Source: an uncultured bacterium
Lineage (GTDB): Bacteria; Patescibacteriota; Saccharimonadia; Saccharimonadales; OFTM59
Length of the DNA stretch: 59,468 nucleotides
Direction: 5' to 3'
Assembly (NCBI GenBank): GCA_966685145.1
Contig: CBKXXB010000002.1
Coordinates: 1 to 59,468 of the forward strand
Below the pieces are notes generated by a model that saw nothing but the letters and a program-made list of their open reading frames with translations, was not told the DNA's origin and ran no database searches. Position 1 is the first letter of the stretch. Every line of letters starts with the position of its first letter. Position numbers and translations under genes: made by a program. Below are positions 37,061-44,360 of the stretch, in pieces.

Positions 37061-37744
37061 CTAAGAGACCTTGTTCGGTGGCGTCTTCGCGGACACCAGC
37101 TGCCAAATAACCATATATAAAGAACCGAGTACTATGAAAAAGGTGGTGGTCGTAACAAAAAACTGCGGGTCGGCTGACGGGTTTATGATACGGTCGGACA
37201 CATCAAACAGTATGCCAGCAGGGTTCACCAAAACATCCCAGGTGTTCCAGCGCAAGTACCGCCCAAGATAAATCGCAAAGCTGCAGGCCAGCAGCACTAG
37301 TCCGATGATGATATGGGCATCCTTTCTTCGAATACGGCCAAGAAGCGCTTTATGGACTAAAAATAAGCTTATGTAGCCCACGATATAGGCATTACAAATA
37401 AAGGAGAAGAACATAACCACGTCATATAGCAAGCCGACTTCACCGGTAGCGTGCAAATGTATAAGATCGCTTACTAAATAAAAACTGTTGGGCAGGAAAC
37501 CAAGCCATAGCGCCGTAATTATCAAATTAGGAGCATCAAGCCATGAGCTCTGCTTTAGTCGCTGGGCTAGCCACCAAGCTAGCAAGAGCGGTACCCAGGC
37601 CAGAAACAAATTCCAAAGCAGGAATGCATAGCGGTTATTACCGGCATCAATAGCTCGCGCAACAAACAGCCCGACACTGACAAAACTCGAGAGTAGTAAG
37701 GTTAGAATAAGCCTCTTTTGGGCGCCGCGCCTAAGCTGAGACAT
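37061..37744 (-). CDS. DUF1361-like integral membrane protein
   Basis: LLWNLFLAWVPLLLAWWL and several further TM helices; 227 aa. Confidence 0.6.
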   Translation of the reverse strand: MSQLRRGAQKRLILTLLLSSFVSVGLFVARAIDAGNNRYAFLLWNLFLAWVPLLLAWWLAQRLKQSSWLDAPNLIITALWLGFLPNSFYLVSDLIHLHATGEVGLLYDVVMFFSFICNAYIVGYISLFLVHKALLGRIRRKDAHIIIGLVLLACSFAIYLGRYLRWNTWDVLVNPAGILFDVSDRIINPSADPQFFVTTTTFFIVLGSLYMVIWQLVSAKTPPNKVS

Positions 37745-37908
37745 AGGAGGTATTATATCAATAAGGTGCCTTGTCTGTTAGCAGCCGTAAGATCGCGGGC
37801 ATTCCTACTCTTATTCATTCGAACATGTTTACGTGTTCATATTGGATAGTACTTACGGCAAGTCTGCGGAAGAACTATCAGTATGCCCATAGTTTATAAT
37901 GAGGAGTA

Positions 37909-38538
37909 ATGAATACCACTACTCGGGTGCTCGACGGCCTGCGCGGCAGCGTTAAGCTAGTCATGAATTATGTTGCGCGCTTGCTGAACTCTGTAAGCGG
38001 CGGACGACTTAAGCCTACCCATATAACTCTGGCCGCCGTGCTAGGGCATATGCTTGTCGCCTATCTCCTAGCCACTCGCCACCCTATATGGGCGGGAGGC
38101 CTTCTTATATTTTTTGGCTTGTTTGATGCTCTGGATGGAGAACTGGCCAGGTTACAGCAGCGGGTCACACCAGGCGGTATGTTGCTGGATTCTGTAAGCG
38201 ATAGAGTAAAAGAAATAATGCTTTATATTGGAGCAGCTTACTTTTTTGTAGTACTAGAGTATCCTTATGTGGCTGTTTGGGCCGTTGCCGCATGCGGAGC
38301 TTCAGTTCTAGTCAGCTATACCAATGCCTGGGGAGATGTAGTGCTGTCAACGCATAGCAGCAAAAAACACGAGATCAATAAATCCTTAAGGACCGGCTTG
38401 ATGACTTATGACGTACGTATATTCTTGTTTATTGCCGGACTCTTAACCAGCCTCTTGCCGGAGGTGCTTATTATCATTACGGTACTTTCTGCGTTCACGG
38501 CTCTTAGCCGAGTTATCCAAACCCTTCGAAAGCTCTAG
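37909..38538 (+). CDS. CDP-alcohol phosphatidyltransferase family protein
   Basis: Signature DALDGELARLQQRVTPGGMLLDSVSDRV, which is D-G-x2-A-R-x8-G-x3-D-x3-D with a slightly longer spacer. The protein is multi-TM. Confidence 0.85.
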   Translation: MNTTTRVLDGLRGSVKLVMNYVARLLNSVSGGRLKPTHITLAAVLGHMLVAYLLATRHPIWAGGLLIFFGLFDALDGELARLQQRVTPGGMLLDSVSDRVKEIMLYIGAAYFFVVLEYPYVAVWAVAACGASVLVSYTNAWGDVVLSTHSSKKHEINKSLRTGLMTYDVRIFLFIAGLLTSLLPEVLIIITVLSAFTALSRVIQTLRKL

Positions 38539-38541
38539 CGT

Positions 38542-39195
38542 ATGTACAAAATCGATCTGCACACTCACTCTGTTGCTTCCCCAGATGGAGGTATTTCAGC
38601 TGACCAATACCGGGCTGCCCTGTCTAGCGGTCTTGTCGACTATGTAGCCATCACCGACCATAATCGAATAGATTTTGCGCTCAGGCTTCATCAGGAAATA
38701 GGCAGCCAAATTATCGTAGGTGAAGAAATTATGTCATCAGGCGGCGAGATTATCGGTCTGTTCCTGACTAAACCTGTAGTTTCCGGGCTAACACCGCAAG
38801 AAACCATGCGACAAATCAAGGCTCAAGGGGGGCTTGTTTACATACCTCATCCCTTCGAAACAGTGCGTAAGGGCCTGCCATCTGCGGTACTGGAGGAACT
38901 TTATGATCACATAGATATGGTGGAGGTCTGCAACGGCCGCGCCTTTCTACAGAACCGTAGTCAGCAAGCGGTAGTATGGTCAAGACTCAATAATATTCTG
39001 CCTATAGCCAGCAGCGATGCGCACGGCTTAAGAGGCCTCGGTAAAACATTCACGTCTATTGATCATCTTCCTACCCGAGAAAATATTCTGGAACAGATGG
39101 TGAACGGCAAACTTTTAACCGAACGGCCAAACTTGCGGGCACTCCTATACCCTAGATATCACCGCATTCACAAAAAAGTACGGAGATACGCATGA
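38542..39195 (+). CDS. PHP-domain metal-dependent phosphoesterase
   Basis: IDLHTHSVASPDG, ITDHN, IPHPF and SDAHG motifs. Confidence 0.8.
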   Translation: MYKIDLHTHSVASPDGGISADQYRAALSSGLVDYVAITDHNRIDFALRLHQEIGSQIIVGEEIMSSGGEIIGLFLTKPVVSGLTPQETMRQIKAQGGLVYIPHPFETVRKGLPSAVLEELYDHIDMVEVCNGRAFLQNRSQQAVVWSRLNNILPIASSDAHGLRGLGKTFTSIDHLPTRENILEQMVNGKLLTERPNLRALLYPRYHRIHKKVRRYA

Positions 39196-39716
39196 ACGAG
39201 TGGTGGGAAGCATTTTGGTTCTTTTTGCCGGCCGGTATTGCCAATTTAGTGCCCGCGCTGGCAGCAAAAGTCCCGGGCCTCACTACCTGGAATACGCCTA
39301 TGGACTTTGGGCGGTCGTGGCGCGGTATTCGCATATTTGGTAATCATAAAACATGGCGGGGCATCGTTTCCGGAACATTTCTGGCAGCCCTGGTTGGCTT
39401 GTTCCAGTACCGTTTTATTGCACACAGTGCCGAATCTACTGGCTTCATAATCACCGCTACCGCCGCTATGGGCTGCGGTGCTTTGCTAGGTGATGCGCTC
39501 AAGAGTTTCTTTAAGCGGCGGCACAGGATAAGTGAGGGCAAAAGCTGGTTCCCTTTTGATCAGATTGATTACATTGCCGGCGGGCTGGCCCTGGTTTTAC
39601 TGCTAGTAGATTTAACGGCTGCGCAGATAGCCCGGATATTTGTTATCTACTTCGTGCTGCACCTGGTCGTAGGATACGTGAGTTATCTGGCAGGATTCAA
39701 AAAGACACCGGTTTAA
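39192..39716 (+). CDS. CDP-archaeol synthase (CarS, PF01864/DUF46) homolog
   Basis: WFFLPAGIANLVP...TPMDFGRSWRGIRIFGNHKTWRGIVSG and GALLGDALKSFFKRR...FDQIDY align by eye with archaeal CarS. Its ATG overlaps the PHP gene TGA stop (ATGA). Confidence 0.8.
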   Translation: MNEWWEAFWFFLPAGIANLVPALAAKVPGLTTWNTPMDFGRSWRGIRIFGNHKTWRGIVSGTFLAALVGLFQYRFIAHSAESTGFIITATAAMGCGALLGDALKSFFKRRHRISEGKSWFPFDQIDYIAGGLALVLLLVDLTAAQIARIFVIYFVLHLVVGYVSYLAGFKKTPV

Positions 39717-40435
39717 CCTGCTTTCACAAATGCCTCGACAGACCATCCACCAGTAATAAAGCCTTCATCAAACGAACTAAACAGGCCACCTGTTTGTGAG
39801 GGCATCTCCCTAAGCGCCTCCATCTTTTTTTGCATCAGACTCGGCGGAAGCTCAAAACATATATCACAGTCCTCACCCTTTACGACCGGAGGCTTATCAA
39901 TGTTATAAAAGATGTTTAGCTTCTTATCGGCAGACTGCAAATACTGCCGGTACTTCTGCTCTTCTACGACAGCATGGAATATCTGTATCGGCTTTCTTGA
40001 ATTGTTCATAGCTTGCGCTACCCATATCGAAACGGCGGAGTGATCTGGATGCCCCGTAAGACCGTCCGGGCCAAAAGTTATAAAAGTGTCAGGCTGGTAC
40101 TTCTGGACTAATTCCACAATGCACTCTACTGCCTTATTGGTGTCCGCTTTGGCACAGCCGCCGTCCGGAAAATCAAGCCAGTGATGATGTTTAACGCCTA
40201 TTACCTTGAGAGCCTTTGCCAATTCGTTTGCCCTGATTGTAGACATTTTAGCTAATGGCCAACGGTCAGGGTCTTGTGATCCGGCCTCACCTTTAGTGGC
40301 GGTTACACAAATTACCTTTTGCCCGTTTGCGATAGCCGCAGCAAACAAGCCTGCAGCCAAAAATGATTCGTCGTCCGGATGTGCCCAAACACCCATAATA
40401 GTACCGAGACTTTTAATATCTTCAGCTGTGGTCAT
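39713..40435 (-). CDS. PIG-L/LmbE family deacetylase
   Basis: GVWAHPDDESFLAAG and GHPDH motifs. Its stop overlaps the convergent CarS stop (TTTAA). Confidence 0.85.
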   Translation of the reverse strand: MTTAEDIKSLGTIMGVWAHPDDESFLAAGLFAAAIANGQKVICVTATKGEAGSQDPDRWPLAKMSTIRANELAKALKVIGVKHHHWLDFPDGGCAKADTNKAVECIVELVQKYQPDTFITFGPDGLTGHPDHSAVSIWVAQAMNNSRKPIQIFHAVVEEQKYRQYLQSADKKLNIFYNIDKPPVVKGEDCDICFELPPSLMQKKMEALREMPSQTGGLFSSFDEGFITGGWSVEAFVKAG

Positions 40436-40443
40436 ATTCTTAT

Positions 40444-41007
40444 TCAGGCAGCCTCCCTGCCCGTCAAGTTTAGCAATTTTATTTGTACCGGTGCGTCTTC
40501 TGCAGCAGCTATAGCCGGAGCAAACAGCCCGCTCTTTTCCAATTCGGCCTGACGCGGGAACAAATCGTCATAAACAGCTTGAGCAAGCCTTTCATCAAAT
40601 AACACTGTAGCCTGCATAGCCTGCCCTACGTCCCATGCGTGAATTAGTTGGTCGGCGCCTACTTCGCGTATATAGGTCATAACAGGCACATCGCCGTACG
40701 ATAAATGAGCAACACCGCTTTCCTTAGCAGCATGCACAGCCACTGTAGCGGCATCGGCGGCATGCTGCCAGGCAGAGGCGGCATCAGTTCTTAGCACATC
40801 GCCCTCATAACGATCTCCAACCTCTTGAATGGTTTTGCCTTTTATTATCTCGGGCACCCATAGAAGTTCGTAGACCATGTGATTAAGTAAAGTGCGCAAG
40901 TTCCACTCTGTACAGGGCGTGGGATTACCGAGATGTTCCGGCCTGATGTTACGTATACACGAGGTAGCATGCTGAATCGCTTTGGCAAATAAATCCTGAG
41001 TTTGCAT
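40444..41007 (-). CDS. TIGR03086-type DinB/mycothiol-dependent-isomerase-N-terminal-like metal-binding protein
   Basis: PTPCTEWNLRTLLNHMVYELLWVPEIIKGKTIQEVGDRYEGD, LIHAWDVGQA and SGLFAPAI match my recollection of the family consensus. Confidence 0.75.
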   Translation of the reverse strand: MQTQDLFAKAIQHATSCIRNIRPEHLGNPTPCTEWNLRTLLNHMVYELLWVPEIIKGKTIQEVGDRYEGDVLRTDAASAWQHAADAATVAVHAAKESGVAHLSYGDVPVMTYIREVGADQLIHAWDVGQAMQATVLFDERLAQAVYDDLFPRQAELEKSGLFAPAIAAAEDAPVQIKLLNLTGREAA

Positions 41008-41030
41008 AACCGTACCTCGCTGTTACATAA

Positions 41031-42095
41031 CTAATTATTGAGCTCCGCCTTAAGTTTTTCAACTAAGTCAACCGGTGTCGGGTTGAGCCCGTTAAGAAGC
41101 GCCAGATAAATACTCACATGATCCCCTAGCGCACTTGTCCAGAGTAGCTGCTTTAGAACAGTATCACCGCGGGGCTCGACCACTATTGGTGCCGGCCGCT
41201 TTCCTGATATAAGTCTCTCACTTACGGTAAACCGCTTTTGTACACGAGGATGTTCAAGCTGAGAACGAATCTCTACTACCGCGAAAGGCTTGTTCACGGG
41301 GTGACTTGACCAGCCGATAAACTCATTGTGATTGAATTCAGGGTATTGATTCCACCAGGCCAGGTTCTTGGCGTTTTCGTTCATGCATATTTTCCACTTG
41401 TTGGCAGACGGAGCGAGCACCGGACCGCTGTAAACAATAATTGTCTTACCTACGAGCTCCAGCGCTATCTGTTTGGCAAGGTTCGCACTTGTAGCCACAT
41501 CGGCTTTCCACTGAGTCATTTCTTCGGCCAGCCAGTCAGCTGCACCCGCGAGCTCGTCAATACGGCTTTTATCGATAAGTCCGACTTCACCGAACAATTC
41601 CGTAAAGGCTTTCAGGAAAAAGAATGATGACATGCGGGGCTGTATGCCGCCCGGAATCGTATACAACGGATAGTCATTGGACCGCGCTTTCTCTGCCAAG
41701 TCCCCTCCCGCTGCGATCACTACAATCTGGGCATTCTTATTTTGCGCCTCGGCTAGGGCTGACAGGGTCTCTTCCGTCGTGCCGGAGTAGCTTGAAGAGA
41801 TAACCAGTGTCGACTCATTAACGTAATCTGGCAGATTATAGCCGCGAACGATTTCGAACGGTAACGGCAAGCGCGGCCATGACTGCAGGAAAACTCCCGG
41901 GAGCGCTGATCCGCCCATGCCGGCTAGAATTACGTTTCTGAGCGGCGCTTGTGGTTTGACTGTCACGCTAAAAGCATGTTTGAGCTGTTCTGATTGTTTC
42001 CCGGCCACCCCGAGCGCATCATCAGAATCACGGTTATGAATGTATTTAAGATCGTCGAGCACGGTTCCTCCATCTTGCTTTTGTTTACTCAGCAC
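41031..42095 (-). CDS. Bifunctional phosphoglucose/phosphomannose isomerase (SIS domain, archaeal-type PGI/PMI)
   Basis: GMGGSALPG, SSSYSGTTEETLSA and NHNEFIGW motifs. The start codon is GTG. Confidence 0.8.
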   Translation of the reverse strand: MLSKQKQDGGTVLDDLKYIHNRDSDDALGVAGKQSEQLKHAFSVTVKPQAPLRNVILAGMGGSALPGVFLQSWPRLPLPFEIVRGYNLPDYVNESTLVISSSYSGTTEETLSALAEAQNKNAQIVVIAAGGDLAEKARSNDYPLYTIPGGIQPRMSSFFFLKAFTELFGEVGLIDKSRIDELAGAADWLAEEMTQWKADVATSANLAKQIALELVGKTIIVYSGPVLAPSANKWKICMNENAKNLAWWNQYPEFNHNEFIGWSSHPVNKPFAVVEIRSQLEHPRVQKRFTVSERLISGKRPAPIVVEPRGDTVLKQLLWTSALGDHVSIYLALLNGLNPTPVDLVEKLKAELNN

Positions 42096-42158
42096 GTTTG
42101 CTATAGTACCTATTGTAATTCAAAACCATTAACGATGGTTACTTTAGGGGGTGGTTTG

Positions 42159-42629
42159 ATGTTCGGTAACAACGATCAACAGGACCAGCAGCAAGACGGC
42201 GGTAATGACGGCTTTGGTACTCCAATGCCGGCAAGCCCTGTAGCTGACGGTTCGCTTAGTAGCGATAATCCTACTAATGGCAACGCTCATGATAACAACG
42301 GGTTTCTTCAGGACGTATCGGCGCCGGCCGTATCCCAAAATGGAGACAACTCGCTTACGGGCACGGCGACTTCCGGCAATGCCGACGATCTTTTAAGCAT
42401 CAAGCAAGGAGCGCTGCAGCAGCTTTCTCCGTTGGTAGGCCACTTAGACCAAACACCAGAGGAAAAGTTTCGCACTACCATGATGATGATCCAGGCATCG
42501 GATGACCAGAGCTTAATAAAAACAGCCTACGAAGCCGCACAGAAGATCGGTGATGACAAAGCTCGCGCGCAGGCACTGTTAGACGTTATCAACGAAATCA
42601 ATTACTTTACACAGCAACACAACAAGTAG
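42159..42629 (+). CDS. Hypothetical protein, low-complexity N-terminus and helical C-terminus
   Basis: The ATG at 42159 is preceded by a GGGGGTGG RBS. The tracked longer ORF overlaps the divergent PGI gene. Confidence 0.5.
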   Translation: MFGNNDQQDQQQDGGNDGFGTPMPASPVADGSLSSDNPTNGNAHDNNGFLQDVSAPAVSQNGDNSLTGTATSGNADDLLSIKQGALQQLSPLVGHLDQTPEEKFRTTMMMIQASDDQSLIKTAYEAAQKIGDDKARAQALLDVINEINYFTQQHNK

Positions 42630-42668
42630 ATTAGTTCCGTTGACCCGCTGATCAAACGGACTATGTAT

Positions 42669-43256
42669 CTAGCTTTTTGATTTGGCCGTGCTTATTGCAT
42701 AGTGAAGCGCGCTCGCAGCCATAGTAGTCAAGACGAAAACTGCTACGACATCCCCTGGGCCAGTACTTGGCAGTGGTCCCGTTCGGGGAGTATTAGTAGC
42801 TGTTGGTGTGCTGGTGGTTGGCTGATTAGACGGAGTTGAAGGCGTAGAGGAACGTGGTTGTTCGCTTGTCGGCCTCTGCGCCGTTTCGTTGTTTTGAGTT
42901 TGGCTGGAATTTTCGGGGGCAGAAGTTTCATTTTCAGCTGAAGGTGAAGTTTCGGGTGCTGACTGCTCGCTCTCGGATTGCTCACTTGAGTTTGAGGCTT
43001 GCTCTGACTCTTCTTCATTTTCTCTCGTCTGCTCAGTTTGCGTAGTACCACTCTCGCCATTATTGTTGAAGATTTGTCTGTATACCCATCGGCCGCCGAA
43101 GAACAGGCCTACAGCCAACAAGACAGTTACTACTAATGTGGCAAAAGCAAGTAGCCAAGCAACGCCGACGCGCTCACGCCGTTCGGCCTGGTAATACTCC
43201 TGTATCTCGGCTGGTACTTCTTCCTGGTTCTGTTGTTTCCGCTTGAATAACGCCAT
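42669..43256 (-). CDS. LPXTG-type sortase-substrate-like surface protein with N-terminal signal anchor
   Basis: The C-terminus is LPSTGPG, then a hydrophobic stretch (VVAVFVLTTMAASAL), then a basic tail (KSKS). The middle is low-complexity and rich in S/T/E/Q/P. Confidence 0.65.
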   Translation of the reverse strand: MALFKRKQQNQEEVPAEIQEYYQAERRERVGVAWLLAFATLVVTVLLAVGLFFGGRWVYRQIFNNNGESGTTQTEQTRENEEESEQASNSSEQSESEQSAPETSPSAENETSAPENSSQTQNNETAQRPTSEQPRSSTPSTPSNQPTTSTPTATNTPRTGPLPSTGPGDVVAVFVLTTMAASALHYAISTAKSKS

Positions 43257-43367
43257 GATTTTCTCCCGAATAGCTCTTACTACCATAGTACAAAGTAGCT
43301 CTTTTAGCAAGATTTAGGTAAAAACACATTATGCTTTTGCTTGTTACTGGTACACTAGGGCTAGCAA

Positions 43368-44069
43368 ATGAAAACCTGCCCCTTGTGCAAGCACACCCTT
43401 ACGATTGAGCGCGACAGCTACTGGCGCTGTTTGTCCTGCGGCGCCTATCAACGCAAGGCTCGCTTATGGGGGAAAATCCTTTTGTGGCGGCAGGACAAAG
43501 GTTGGATATGGCGTCTGGTGCCTTTAAGCCTGCTTGTGCTGATTTTTACCAATTTACTGCGTGACCCAATGTTTTCGGGAGCTGGCCATTGGAACCCCTT
43601 TGGTTATTTTGACCTCGGTTTCCATGAGCTCGGGCATGAGCTCTTTCGGCCTTTCGGTGAATTTATGAGAGTTGCCGGTGGTAGCCTGCTGCAGGTACTA
43701 ATGCCGATACTCTGGATCATAGGCTTTTTGCAAGTGCGCTGGTATTTTGCTAGTGCTTTATGCTTCGGCTGGCTTGGAAGCAGCCTATTTGGCGTGGCCG
43801 TGTATGCTGGGGATGCTTTTGTTACAAAGTTGCCACTTGTAAGCTTGGGTAATATTGGCGAAGAAGAGGCCCAAGGCCACGACTGGGAATACCTCTTCCA
43901 GCACACGAATAACTACCGAATAAGCACCATAGATAATACCGCTCAGTTCCTTCGTATATCCGGTACGGTTTTCCTGATCCTAAGCATACTACTATGCTTA
44001 GCCCTTATCATCTTGATAGCCCGCAAGAAAAAGTCACCTGAGCTAACACCTAATCCGTCAAAGAGTTAG
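43368..44069 (+). CDS. Membrane protein with N-terminal zinc ribbon and HExxH motif (M50B-like metalloprotease candidate)
   Basis: CPLCK...CLSCG zinc ribbon, a FHELGHELF motif in the membrane region, and four or more TM helices. Confidence 0.55.
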   Translation: MKTCPLCKHTLTIERDSYWRCLSCGAYQRKARLWGKILLWRQDKGWIWRLVPLSLLVLIFTNLLRDPMFSGAGHWNPFGYFDLGFHELGHELFRPFGEFMRVAGGSLLQVLMPILWIIGFLQVRWYFASALCFGWLGSSLFGVAVYAGDAFVTKLPLVSLGNIGEEEAQGHDWEYLFQHTNNYRISTIDNTAQFLRISGTVFLILSILLCLALIILIARKKKSPELTPNPSKS

Positions 44070-44109
44070 AGTTAAGGAAGTTCGCTCTGTCAGAAGGTAG
44101 CTAGAAATC

Positions 44110-44143
44110 AAAAGAAGTTCGAATTTACTCCAAACTTCTTTTT
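44110..44143 (+). terminator. Weak intrinsic terminator candidate after the 43368..44069 gene
   Basis: A 10 bp stem (AAAAGAAGTT/AACTTCTTTT) with a 13 nt loop, whose 3-prime arm runs into a T-tract. The stem is AT-rich. Confidence 0.35.
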
Positions 44144-44168
44144 CCCCTGCAAGAGGAGAGCAGCCCGA

Positions 44169-44199
44169 CAAAATGTTCGCTGTACAGCGAATCATTTTG
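44169..44199. repeat. 31 nt near-perfect inverted repeat (14 bp stem, one bulge)
   Basis: CAAAATGTTCGCTG-TA-CAGCGAA(T)CATTTTG, in the convergent intergenic region. Confidence 0.6.
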
Positions 44200-44360
44200 C
44201 CGGAGCAATGAGGATACAAAGCTCCCTTACGTGTTTTTGGGTAGAGCAACAAGTCTGATTTAGAGGGGAGCAGGAGCGGTTTCGACAAAGGCGAAATCCG
44301 AATTTATTTCGGAAGCTCCGATGAGGGGAGATACTCTCTCCTCATAAGGCGCTAGCCGCC

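Noticed and set aside
44058-44288. 76 aa minus-strand ORF in the groEL downstream spacer.
   Set aside because: It has a random-looking composition, runs through multiple hairpins, has no RBS, and overlaps the stop of the converging gene.
44281-44318. tRNA-like D-arm (TTCG-ACAAAGG-CGAA) and anticodon arm (TCCGA-ATTTATT-TCGGA), which would give a UUA (ochre-reading) anticodon.
   Set aside because: There is no T-arm with a TTCRANY loop and no 7 bp acceptor stem, and position 37 would be a pyrimidine. This is not a credible tRNA.
44263-44345. The string GGGGAGCAGGAGCGGTTTCGAC resembles the 5-prime end of tmRNA (GGGG...GG.TTCGAC).
   Set aside because: Only about 100 nt remain before the well-defined groEL stop codon. 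No T-arm or acceptor 3-prime strand with CCA is found on either side, and there is no tag reading frame. This is most likely chance similarity within a hairpin cluster.
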